DNA of 63,806 nt, the filler included, from Collodictyon triciliatum (taxonomy: Eukaryota), in assembly GCA_043381765.1 (NCBI GenBank). It is 4 parts of 4 records of this genome, joined end to end, with 100 filler letters (N's around TTAATTAATTAA, not from the genome) between each part and the next. Parts side by side here need not be neighbours in the genome. Positions count along the whole stretch, not along the records: positions 27,464 to 48,198 come from JBHJMP010000009.1; 3 more parts are not named here. One strand, written 5' to 3'. Positions 27,805-40,700 of the stretch are shown piece after piece. The notes below the pieces were generated by a model. The model worked only from the letters and a program-made list of their open reading frames with translations, searched no databases and had not been told where the DNA came from. A program made the position numbers and the translations under genes. Every line of letters starts with the position of its first letter. Position 1 is the stretch's first letter.

Positions 27805-29506
27805 CGACACCCGAGAGCAATCTGTTGAAATGGAAATCGCTCGGAGATTCCTGGCACTCAAGGTCGAAGAGCGACGCACAAGCCGCGCAAACTCGTTTGG
27901 TATGTGTCGAATTCGAATGCGATTTATATATTCAAATAATAATAGAAGGAAGAAAAAAAAGAAGAAAAAGACAGAAGCAAGATAAAAAGGAGAACACAAT
28001 TTCCCCCCCTTTATTCGATTCAAAAAGAGAGGACAGATATTTAATACATGGATAACAATATCTTTGCACAAAAAGTCGACTCAGTCGCCAACCTGAATGA
28101 TGCGGAGCGCTACCAATCGCCGTTCCTGGGCACACAGAGTGCAGAAGCGGGCGGGCCGTCCAAATCGCCGGTCATGCGCACAAAGGAGGAGGATTTGGTC
28201 AAGAAGATGGAAACTCCACGCGAAAAGGAGGAGGATGTCCACGTCGAGGTGAAGGTGGAGCCGCCAAAGGCCGATGCAAATCCGGCTCCCGCAGCCAATC
28301 CGGTGGCTGTTCTTGTGGCTGATGGTCTGCTCCATCCTCATTTTGATGATTGTGATTGTGATTGTGATTGTGATGATGATGATTGTGGTATTTACGGTGC
28401 TTATGATTAGATGCAGAGGGCACTGAAGTGAAATTGAATCCCTACGTGAGAGACATTATTATGCAGTTCCACCGGTTTTATGCAGGAAAGTAAGGACGGC
28501 TGACTCACGCATGCTTGCTTTGCTGTTAGTGCTGCTGTTTTTCTTTCCTTTTCCTTTTCCTTTTCCTTCCTTCCAAAGAGCTGCCCAACATCCCCACTCA
28601 AGTGCGCCATGAAACCACAGAGACCGGGCAGAAGCTCTCATCGAGATTGCACATCTTGTGTGGAACGGAGGCGAAGTTGCGGTCAACTACATCAGCGAGT
28701 CCGGGTTCATCGAGCACTTGGCGCAGGTCATCAAAAACCCGCTCGAGACTCCGGCCACAAAGATGGTGAGCTTCCTTGTCAGCCACTTGCACTTTGCAGA
28801 AAGGATTCGAAAAAAAACGACACATAGACACATAGACACATATACAATACACATATCAGTTTGTGTCTATACGCTTGCTGCACACCCGGCGGACTCATCG
28901 GGCCATCCAAACACATACATACAGAAAGTGATGCAGTGTCTCAGCGTCGTTGCCCGCAATCACCGCAAGAACCAGGACATTGTGCGAGAGCAGGGCTTTC
29001 TCGAAGCCTTTGTGGAGTTTCTGGGCGACCCGATTCCCGACATGGTATGACTGGACCGACGCGGCGTTGAAGCCCTTGACTTTCATCTCATCACGCTCCA
29101 TCACGCTCCATCCCGCTCCATCCCATCTCATCATGGCACATATACGCAGCGCCGATGGTCAGCGCACTGTCTGTTCTTTGTTGTTCTGGGCAACGCCGCC
29201 AGCCAGGTGCAGACGCGCATTATTCCCGATGTGAAGGTGAGCCCTTTTGCCGTGCTGTGTGGCGATGAAGTGTTGGAATTCTTGAGAGAACTGTACATCT
29301 TTGATGTAATACACGCTTGTGTATATCTGTAGGACAAACTCACCGTTGTGTGCAGCGATAACTGGGACTTGTGGTCGCACAATGATGCCGAAGAGCTGAT
29401 GAAGATGCTTGGATTTATGCCTGTGGCTCTCAAGGACAAGGAGAAAGATGGAGAAAAGGACAAGGACAGGATTGCTGAGACTATTCCGGAGGCTCCGTCC
29501 TCGTAG
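27805..29506 (+). CDS. Armadillo-like helical protein resembling ARMH2 (5' partial)
   Basis: Spliced product ...KDRAEALIEIAHLVWNGGEVAVNYISESGFIEHLAQVIKNPLETPATKMKVMQCLSVVARNHRKNQDIVREQGFLEAFVEFL...RRWSAHCLFFVVLGN...DNWDLWSHNDAEELMKMLGF..., TAG at 29504-29506. The RA.A...I......GG and W..W..N.AE.L..L.GF motifs are recalled from ARMH2. Confidence 0.7.
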
Positions 29507-29743
29507 ACGCATCACATCACATCACATCACATCACACCACGTCTCGCTATTTTCCCTGTCATGCTCATCCCCTTTCATTCCCACATGCAAATAATACGAT
29601 TCAGAGAAACATATTGACATATATCGAAGAAAAAAAAGGGAGTAAAAAAGACAAGAGCATGAGGATGGAGAACACTTTCATGTGGTTGAGTGCTTCAATG
29701 TTTGTGAGGCAGCTGACAAATGGCTTGCGAATGATTCGGTGCT

Positions 29744-31668
29744 TCAAAGCAATAAAGGGCTTAGCTCCTGTTCCAGGAAGCGGTATCCTTTCTCCAACTC
29801 GGCCTGGAATGCGTCCTGGTCACTCTTGATCAAAAGGCGGTTCTTTTGAAGAGCAGCTTTGCAGCGCGCCATGAATGTCCGCAGGCTCTCACGGAGTTGC
29901 GTCTAAAGGCGGTAAATGAGTGAATGAGTGAGTGAGTGAGTGAGTGAGTGAGTGAGTGAGTGAGTGAGTGAGTGAGTGAGTGAGTGAGTGAGTGAGTGAG
30001 TGAGTGAGTGAGTGAGTGAGAGNNNNNNNNNNNNNNNNNNNNNNNNNNNNNNNNNNNNNNNNNNNNNNNNNNNNNNNNNNNNNNNNNNNNNNNNNNNNNN
30101 NNNNNNNNNNNNNNNNNNNNNNGTGAGTGAGTGAGTGAGTGAGTGAGTGAGTGAGTGAGTGAGTGAGTGAGTGAGTGAGTGAGTGAGTGAGTGAGTGAGT
30201 GAGTGAGAGAGAGAGAGTGAGTGAGTGAGTGAGTGAGTGAGTGAGTGAGTGAGTGAGTGAGTGAGTGAGTATATGATTATCGAGCGAATGGTACTTACAA
30301 CTTCCTCAAAGGGATACTTGTGGGGCGTATCGAGAAACCCGTGCGCTATGGCGAGGACACCCGCGTTCACCTCTGACATTACCGATATTTAATGATAACC
30401 AGCGGTATACAAATAATAACCTTTTCTCGCGAAAATATCTGTTTTAAATTCATGTGCTTGCATATAACAAATAATAATAATTTATGTTACTTTCATAATG
30501 TTGGAGTGAAGAAGTAAAAATTGGACATACGGACGAGGACACTTCCTTGTAGCAGACTCTGTAGGTTCTTGACAGATATTTCATGGGACGAAAGTTCCTT
30601 CTGGATTTGCGCGTTGCGTCTTTGGATGGTCTCGATGGAGTTTGCAAGGGGAGTGAGTTCGATCTGCAAAGTTTGGATTCTTCAGATATCACAAAAAACA
30701 AAAAAAACAAAAAAAACAAAAAACCAGGCTTTCGGCTATTCTCTTCTTTTCTTATTTGGGAGATGGATTGAGATGAGCCACCGTGTAATGTAAGTCCAAT
30801 CAATTGCATGAGAGAAAAATGAATGAAAAGAAGATATCATTGAAATGACTAAACCTCGTATTTGTCAACCACTAGTTGCCGTGTAAGCAGGAACGGGAAC
30901 GGGTTCTCTACAGAAATAATTGTCTTTCGTTTGTATTGGTCAATAACAGACTCTGCCTGAGTCGACCCGGATGCAGTGAAGGGTGTCTCGAAGATAAATT
31001 GCGCTTGGAAGAGAAAAAAAAAGTTAAAAATAAGTGAAGCATCATAACATATTTATAATAATTACATCACTGGTATCGGCAAGTGAAATTGAATTGTGGA
31101 TTATGTATATATCTATAAATCGAGGTAAAAACATGATGAAAACAGCAAAGTTAGTTTCTATCATATTCCTCGACATCACCAATAAACGGTGAATTAATTA
31201 GTGATATTTAGCGAACCCAATGAGCTCGAATAATCAAAGATTTGGTTTTCTAACTGGTGATTCAAATCATGTCGGTATAAAATGACAGAAAATGAGGAAC
31301 GGTTAATATATACTTACTGACATGGTTGCATCTCTCATACGCACTCTGTCGCCTTCGGTCCTCGTTTTCGCTGAAGAAGATTTCCAAAGAAGTAATCTGC
31401 AAATATAGTTTGTCTTCCTGCAATGTCCTCAAATCGACAACGCGAGAGTCTGGAAATACGATGGGAATTTGTTTGTATTTCTTTTCCACTTGGCGCTGAT
31501 GTGTGGATAGTTATGTTTGGGTTAGAAGGAAAAAGTCGGTAAATAATGATTTGCTTTCTATAAGGTAAACCACTACATTTTTTTATTACCATAAAATTTG
31601 GATAATGCAGCTTATTATAAAAAAAGAAAAGAGAAAAGAAAAGAAAAGAAAAGAAAAGAAAAGAAAAG

Positions 31669-31700
<32 letters not shown>

Positions 31701-34700
31701 GAAAAAAGAAAAGAGAAAAGAAAAGAGAAAAAGAAAAAAAGAAAAAAAGAAAAAAGAAAAAAAGAAAAGAAAAAAGAAAAGAAAAAAGAAAAGAAAAAGA
31801 AAACAAAAAAGAAAACAAAAAAGAAAACAAAAAAGAAAACAAAAAAGAAAAGAAAAGAAGAAAAAACCTTCAGCCGTTCAGTAATCTCTGGTAGCATTGT
31901 GATTTTCGGTTCTTTATAAACATACTCTTTTGTGTCTATTTCTCGAAACGCTTTCCCATAAAATCCTACTCGATAGTAGGTACCAAAGGCACGAAAGGTT
32001 TTTTGCTGTAAAATATTAACACGCGTTACCACCATATTATGTTTTATGGCATATTCTTTTGTAAAAACGCGCATTTCAAATTTTTTTTTTTCAAAAATGA
32101 ATGGCCTCTCCTAAATAAAAAATTATTTCTTACTGCGTCCATGATTTTTTTGTAAATGTCCGTAAATTGGGCATGCGTTTGGCAGAGATCTACAAAATGA
32201 TATTTATTTACAAAACATGACAACAAAATATTCGGCCATTTAAAGACCCATGTTAATTAATCTTATGATTTCCAAAGGTTCTAAAAAAAAAAAAATAGAA
32301 GCTTCATTCAAAATCAGGCAATTTAAAATTCATACTCATGTAGTCCTTCTTTTGTGCATACAAGTCCAGGAGCTGATGTAAAATGTCTGGGCATGCTTCA
32401 TAAAGCTCAGCCTGATAATCCATTGCACAAAATGTGTTAATGACATCAGGAAATATTATTAAAGATGACTTAAATAATTAGAAGTAAAAGAAGACAAATA
32501 AAATATTCTACACAAAAATTGAAAAATCAATAGTCTAAAAAATAAATTAAAAATGATAAACAATAAATGAAACGATTAAAGGATAAAAGGATAAAAGGAT
32601 AAAAGGATAAAAGGATAAAAGGATAAAAGGATTAAAGGATTAAAGGATTAAAGGATTAAAGGATTAAAGGATTAAAGGATTAAAGGATTAAAGGATTAAA
32701 GGATTAAAGGATAAAAGGATAAAAGGATAAAAAAAAAAACCTTCTCAAGAAAGGAAACAGAGTCTTTCAAACTTCGAAGAGTTCCTTCCCTAGAAAATGC
32801 ATGCCCAAGCAGGCCCTAATGCGAAAAGAAAGTGAAATAATGGTTAAGATTTCGGAAAATCGCTTCATCAGCATGATAAATCCTTTTCGAGTTATACTTC
32901 CGACTATTTATTCATTTATTTATAAACTTTCTCCCAATTCATATATCACTGAGTCAATATTTTTCTTTCTCACTTTTTTCTCTTGAAAATACCAAAAAAA
33001 AAAAAATGAAGAAAAAAGCACCTCTGAAAGTAGATTTTGAACATCAACTTCTTCCGGGGCGGATGGAGCTCCTATGCTGAGTCTCCTGGCACTAACAGAT
33101 CCCTGTGACAAGCGACGGCGAATAGAGCCTCTGGAAAATGTAAAAATGTAAAAATGTAAGAATGTAGAAATGTAAAAATGTAAAAATGTAAAAATGTAAA
33201 AATGTAAAAATGTAAAAATGTAAAAATGTAAAAATGTAAAAATGTAAAAATGTAAAAATGTAAAAATGTAAAAATGTAAAAATGTCAAAATGTAAAAATG
33301 TAAGAATGTAGAAATGTAAAAATGTAAAAATGTAAAAATGTAGAAATGTAGAAATGTAAAAATGTAAAAATGTAAAAATGTAAAAATGCAAAAAATGTAA
33401 AAATGCAAAAATGCAAAAAATGTAAAAATGAAAAAATGTAAGAATGTGGACCAGCTATTTGATATTGATCGTGATAAGCAACAAAATATTCAAACATGAA
33501 TCCTTTTTGATTTAGCACCCCAATATGACAAGGAAAAAAAAAAAAGAAAGCTTTAAAATGAACAAAACATGGCTATGTTCATTTTCATCGTCATGCACAA
33601 ACTTTGAAGATGCCCGTCTGAGAGAATTTGAGCGACTTTCGCGAAGAGATTGAGACGAGTCTTGAGTCTCTTCAAAATGAATAGGAAAGTGAATATATAG
33701 TGAAAATAACACCTTTTTCAAGAATGATTCTCTCTTTGGGATATGGTATTTCATCATGATTGTCATAAAAACTGCACTACTCCTACCTTCTTCTTTCATC
33801 AATGCTATGTACTGCTCAGGGTTCTTCAATACTTTGAGTTTGAGCTCTGCAACTTTGTAAAAGCACATTGCAGCCTCTGCGTAGAGTTGTTTCTGAAATA
33901 TATGGATATTTAGAGAGTGTTAGATAAGAGAAAATTGCAAGAGCATTTTAAGAGGAGCGGTTTTTTTTCTCGGTATACTTGCCTTCTGAAGAAGATTGGC
34001 AAGGTTCTCCAATTTGGATACTTTTATATCTAAAGAGTCATTGTACTGGTTTGCGATGCGCAAATGAATATCTGTAGTCGTTTCAAAATCCTATGCATGG
34101 AAAGTAATTATGTAATTGCCAAATTAAAGAACATCCGTATTAGGAATTTTGAGAATTGATCTCGAATAAGTTTACACGTTACAGAGCACACTAAAAATCA
34201 GTACAAAATATATTGAACCTGATATAAAAAATATGGGTATAATATGGTAAAATTTATAAAATTTTCGACAGAAATTAAAAAAATAATCCATTCGTACGTC
34301 ATCGTTGTCCAAATCTCTGAATCGCACAGCATCTTCAACCAAATTTTGTATTGTGTTCAGGAATTCAACATATTCTCGAACCAGCCCTTTGAATTCAGAA
34401 GACTTTTGTTTTCCGGATGGGTATAGAAAAAAAGTTAGCATATTCACTTCGCAGGCGGGGGTGTTGCACAATTGATTGCATATACGTGGCGAAGATATAA
34501 AACCAAACCTCGACTGGCGATAGTTTCCAAGTCGGCATCAAATATATACTTTCACGAATAATCATGCGGACTCGTCTCCAAACTTCGATAATTCGATGAG
34601 ACTGTTGGCTTGAAATCCATGTGTCCAATGATGACATTGTCTTGAAGAGCGAATCTTGGACACTTAAGACAGTCTAGAATGTATGGTCATGTAATTTGGT

Positions 34701-37700
34701 CATGTTATGATTTGCTTGGCATTCTTTTTTTCTTTCCTTTTTCAAAAGTCAGATACTGTGAAATCAATAACCAAGAAGCTTTTCAAAGATGAAACTTTAC
34801 AGACCGATGAAACTGCATTTTTAAGTTTCTTGAGAGTCTCTAGCTCAGGCTCAAGCAATGCAGTGCGCCCGGGCCTTCCAGCTGGTACCTCGTCGATCTT
34901 TTTAATCTAGTGCCGAAAAGTGTCTTTCTCAAAATCTTGCTGAGATGTTTATAACCTTAATAATACGATTTTATATTGGTCAATTCCGGAATGATGACGA
35001 AAGACGCACGACAAAATCCCTTTCGTCTTGCGATAAATTGGTTTCGATTTGCTTCAGTTGCTGTTAGTTAAAGAAAATTGGGGTTAGGCCATAAATATTC
35101 TTTAATAGGTTAAAAAAAGAAAAAAAAGGGAGTATACTTATTATTTTGCTTTATAAATAAAAAAAAAAAGTAATATATCAGATGATGGATAAAATACCTC
35201 TCTGACAGATTTCATTATGCGCGCAATCGTCACCATTTCATCAGGTGTTGCTGCAGCATAGACAAGATTCTGAATCTTGAACAGGAGCCGGTTTGTGTCA
35301 CTGGAATTTTGATAATGTTTCTTAAAAAATGAAAACAAAATCCCATATAACAGATAAGTAAGCTTCAGTACTTTCCCAAAAAAGTCATTCGTTGTCTCAT
35401 GTCACATTCAATTTCCTAGATAATCAATTTGTGAAAATATGCGCAACGACAAAATATTGATCAAATAAGTCGCATACATCATCCGATGCTTGGGTAAGGA
35501 ACTTTGGAGATATTTTGACAAACACAGTAAGCTCTTGAATGGCATCGGTGAGGCGTTTATCTCCCTGAAGAGGGGTGAATAATTCATGCGTGTGAAAGAT
35601 AACGGCATTATTGCAAATCATTCAGTATTGGAGATTATCGGAGGATAAATACATTCAAAAAATGCATATACCTTTATGTTTGTGACCAAGTCGGAACTGG
35701 ACAAGATTATCATGGATTTTATCGTAGAAAACTCTTTGGACTGCCAATAGTTCACCTGAATTTGATGCAAGCAGTTTCAGAAATAAAGTTGGTTGGTTAT
35801 TTTTAGTTAAAAAAAAACTAGAAAACGAGAAAAGGAAGTATTAGAGAAGATAGAAAATGAATGAAAATGTGAGAAAATCAAAGAAAATGTGAGAAGAATA
35901 AGATATATGAACGCCAATCGATGCTCAATTAAAGAATATCTTACAGATATGATATGATTGAGGGTTGTAAGAGCAAAATCGCGAATGTCTTTCCGAGGAT
36001 ATGATGCGTATCTTAGAATCTCTGATAAGATATCTTGAAGAGCGAAGCCTTGATAGTTGAAATAATATTGATTGATGACAGCGATGATGGATACTTTTCA
36101 TTGACTGCGCTCGCTGTCTTCACTGTATTTAAAGAAAAGCCCAGACGTTTCGACAAGATTTACAGATATTGAGACTTACTTCCATATTCAAAAATGTACT
36201 TCGAATGAATAGAAATTAGTTGCTGGGTGAAAGTCATCAAGCAGACATAGGTTGACTCGGCGATACGGCACTGAGAAAATGTAAAATTACAGTTCAGTCA
36301 TACTTATTGATTTTTTTCAAATAGATTAAGAAAAGAAAAAAGAAAAAAAGGAAGAAAAAAAAAGGAAAAAAGGAAAAAAGGAAAAAAGGAAAAAAGGAAA
36401 AAAGGAAAAAAGGAAAAAAGGAAAAAAGGAAAACAGGAAAAAAGGAAAACAGGAAAACAGGAAAAAAGGAAAAAAGGAAAAAAGGAAAAAAGGAAAAAAG
36501 GAAAAAAGGAAAAAAGGAAAAAAGGAAAAAAGGAAAAAAGGAAAAGAGCGATTGATTGTAAAATATGGAAATACCCTTAGGGCACACGATGTGTAAATGA
36601 TTATTTCCTCCAATATTGCCAGTGACTCATCCTCCTTGAAATGATATGGAAATATTCAAGCGAGAGTCGTTAGTATAATCCACAATAAGGCTTCGCATAT
36701 GTATATCCCAAAAATATGAAATATTTAAATGCACGATTATTGTTTTATCGAAGCACCTCTGATGCTTTCGACCACGCTGATTTGTAGTCATCAACTATCC
36801 GAGCAACTATTTCGATGGTGCACACATGAACAGCGGTAGAAACGGCCTTTTCTTTTGACTGGATTTGTTTCTGGTCCATCCACGAATTGTAAGGCAAGGA
36901 TAAGCGGCAGTTAAAATCCATTATGAGTCTCTTAATGACAGAGAAAGACAAAAAAAAATTCAAAAATAAAAAAAAAGGGCGTATGTTTACAAGTTTATCG
37001 CTTTACTTCATTGTGGATCGTTTGGCTTGAATCGAATATTTCAGTGCTATCTTTGACGTTTTCTCTTCGAGAATTCAGGACAAATGGATGCTGATGTGAA
37101 ATATCGATTATTTCAATATTGTGTGATCAAATAGGGACACATCCAAATGCATCTTTGATTATCGAATGTGTGAAGTGAAAGGACCTCGAATGCATAAAAC
37201 ATAATGTTCAGAAGCTTAACGAAACGACATATCTTTGTAATATCCTGAGACTTCCACCTAGGCCGAAATTACCCATTCAAACACTGAAAAATACATGACA
37301 CATCAATTATTGCAAGTGTGACATTGAATTTACCATGAAGAAAAGACCTCCTTCGGAATATGTATAATTAGAAAAGCAATCGATATCAGGAAGTTTCTTT
37401 GTTCCTCTCGGTCTGCTATTCCTTCCGTAGAATTGATATCACCTTTCTCAAACAACTCGACGTTTTCAATAAACTATCGAACCATATGTTTTTGCGTTTT
37501 TTTAAAAGAAAAATTAAGAATTAACACAAATGATCACAATTCAATTTTAAAAGATAACATTAGCAAGAGATAGAGAAAAAGCTCTACTCCTCACCAAGTC
37601 AAGAACAGGAAAATACATAAATGCAATGTTGCTCTTTATCTTCATATCTTGGTAACGAAAATCCAAGTCATGTTTGGCTATTATTTTTCGAAGCATGGAA

Positions 37701-40700
37701 GCCACCTGTATTACGAATAGAGACATTAACAAGATAAAGCATATTGTATTACCTGAAATGAGATGAGTTAATACGAGGAGGGAAGCATATATTTAATAAG
37801 GACTTACAGCGACTCGATTTCCTGGTCGAGGTTTTGAATCGCTGTTGAATTGGTCCATTAACGACATCAGGGGTTGGATTGTCAAATAAGCCAAAGGAAA
37901 TTGTGTGCTATTTATTGAAATTATAGAATCGTGTCACCTTACATTGTCGTACGCAATTAATATTATTTTCAGAAATTGGCATGGATATATGAAGTATGTA
38001 ATCAAAAATTACGAGAAATGGTCATAAACGTCGGTGTCTTGCGTGAAAAGGGATACCTCAGGAAAATTGAACGGGATATAATGTTCATGTTCGGCAAGTA
38101 TGAGAAGGAATGTCACTTGATATTGCTTTGTCGTTACATGCAGCATATACTCTTCCGTCTAGGCGAATAAAATTTTTTTTAATTCAATAATTTATTTGAA
38201 ATAAATAAATGTGCCTGTTTTTTTTTTTAATTTAATATGCAGCATAGCCGGCAACACCCTGTTGTTTTGATTTATTATCGAAAAAAGATGATAAAACGGT
38301 TGCTAGTTACTCACAATTTCTCGAATGACAGAAAAATCAACATGCGGAAGAAGGTCTCTTATGAAAAAAGCCTAAAAGTTCAGTTGATTTTTTAAAAAAA
38401 AATTGTAATTTTTTTAATGTCCCATCTATATTTTGATGCAGGGTGTGTATGGCTTCGTCCACATGTTAAGTGGAAAGTGTGGAAAAAAATTCCGAAATGG
38501 ATCACAGCCAGGATATGTAGACATAAACATATATGCTTTTCAAGGTTACAATCGCCGAGCAAAATTTGATGAATGTAAACAAATCTTACAAAGTGAGAAT
38601 TAAGTTGCCTCACAAGGTTGACATTATCACGTATGTTTTGTGACATTCTCAATGAAAAATTGCTGGGTGGTGATGGTAAAAGTGAGCTTTGCGTGTGTCC
38701 TCAGTACATGAGGGAAAAGTTAAAAAAAAAAAAACCTCGTCAACGTCACCAAGTTTTTACCAAGAGCTGATAATGTGTATTCTGCTGAAACTGGGTCAGT
38801 TTTTGTCGCCTTGTACATGCTTAGCGACTTAATGATAAGTTCGTAAAAGAACCAAGACAGACGAAGGAAGTTTTGCGAAACAACCGTGGGCTTCTCTCCG
38901 TTCTAGAAAATCACCAATTATAAAATGGTATGGAACACGTAAATGTCCTTTTCATCCCGATAAACTCGCATATGATTGTATCCAGAGGCTCCATTTTTTA
39001 AATAGAAAGGGATATGTCTTACATGTTCTTCGGCAAAGTCCACCCATGCTGTACTCAACAATAGAAATAGCTCTGGAACTTTGCCATGACAGTTATCAAA
39101 GTGATAGTGCACATATTCGCTAAGGAAGGGCGGTTTTTTCTCTGTCACAACACCTAATTTGGAGCAAATTCTAGATGTATTTGTGTTGGATGGTGTTAAA
39201 CATAGTTGATGAGGTAGGAAATATAAGGCCTGACGATGGTGGTTATTTGGTGTCAATACATATATATTGGTAGAGATTTACGTGGAAATCATGTTCACTA
39301 GATGTCCGAATAAGCGACTAGACATTTCTCGCGGAACGCTGTCCATGAGAATGAATGTTCTGTGTTCATGAAAGATAACAGCATTAAAAAAAATGGGTAT
39401 GGTAGGGAAGAGTTTGAATGCAAAATACAAACTGATTTATAATGATTGGTAGAAATCTTGTGCAGGTCGAATGCGCCTGTGCCAAGGCGGCCAGTGTCTT
39501 TGAAAGGAATAATGCTTAATAATCGTATGGAAAAAAACATACTACGGTGTATGCTTTGCACAGCCAATTTTAAACAATTGGTTGTCATTAATAATTTAAC
39601 AAATTTATTCATTCTTCCTTCTTTGGGGGTATGTATCAACATTGGAATATTTATAGAGGGTTGACTCTTACCGACTCAACTGAGGCATCCCCAGAATGCG
39701 GGTTCTGTATGAGTGCTTGTGATTGGTCGAAAAAAGATAGAAGCTTACGGTCTAGTTCATGATAAAGTAATTCTCTTTTAATAAATATAATCTCATCAGA
39801 CTCATTGTTCAATTCATCATATCACATCGATATCAATAGGAAAATCCAAAGTCTACCTTGTGGGTAGATGCTTGACACGACACGCGTTTTGAGACTAAAC
39901 ACAGGCTTTTGTTTGTCTACCCACATGATACGGCTCTGAGTTGAAATTGTTTAAGCAAAGGTTAATTTCATATTACAAATGTAGTCTTTTTTAAAATAAT
40001 AATACTAACATGAACAATCTAACATATTTAGAACTTTTTTTTTTGCCAAGCACCGATACAAAAATATGAACCTGAATTACATGACTACACTCACCTTGAC
40101 TCGTTCATCAAAGTAAAATGGTTTGTATTCCGTAGCTACTGGTAATTCTTGAGTTTCATCATCAATCCTTTATTCAAAAAAAAAGAAAGGAATCGCTTAT
40201 CATGTGCCCTTGCGTTGCCATCAGATTTGACGATATTTTATCGTTTAGAGTGATAAATATGGACGCTTACATTCCAGCAGAATACAGCGGGAGCCATGCA
40301 TACCCAACAGGACTCTAAAAGGAGGAAATACAAGGGATAAATAATAATGCCTAACAGTGAAACAATAATCTAGGAAAAAGAAAAGGAAAAAGAAAAACAA
40401 AAACAAAAACAAAAACAAAAACAAAAACAAAAACAAAAACAAAAACAAAAACAAAAACAAAAACAAAAACAAAAACAAAAACAAAAACAAAAACAAAAAG
40501 AATAGGAATAGGACAATAAAAGTAAAGAGATGTCGTTTTGCGTTGGCGTTACTTCTACAGTAGCCTTGGCTTCTTTCTCTGATGACTTGCACTTCACGTG
40601 AAGAAAGGTAAAGAATATGTGGTGCTTTGGGAATTGAGTTCAGTGTCATTTTCAACGATTGAATGGTAAGGTAAAATGAAGGCTTTTAGCTGGTAATTAT

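Noticed and set aside
30365..30545. Apparent non-canonical GT...CG intron in DOCK DHR-2
   Set aside because: A canonical GTATGT...TCAG splice gives the expected LQGSVLVQVNAG.
32630..32712. (TTAAAGGA)n as an interstitial telomeric repeat
   Set aside because: It grades into ATAAAAGG units within an intron and matches no canonical telomere unit.
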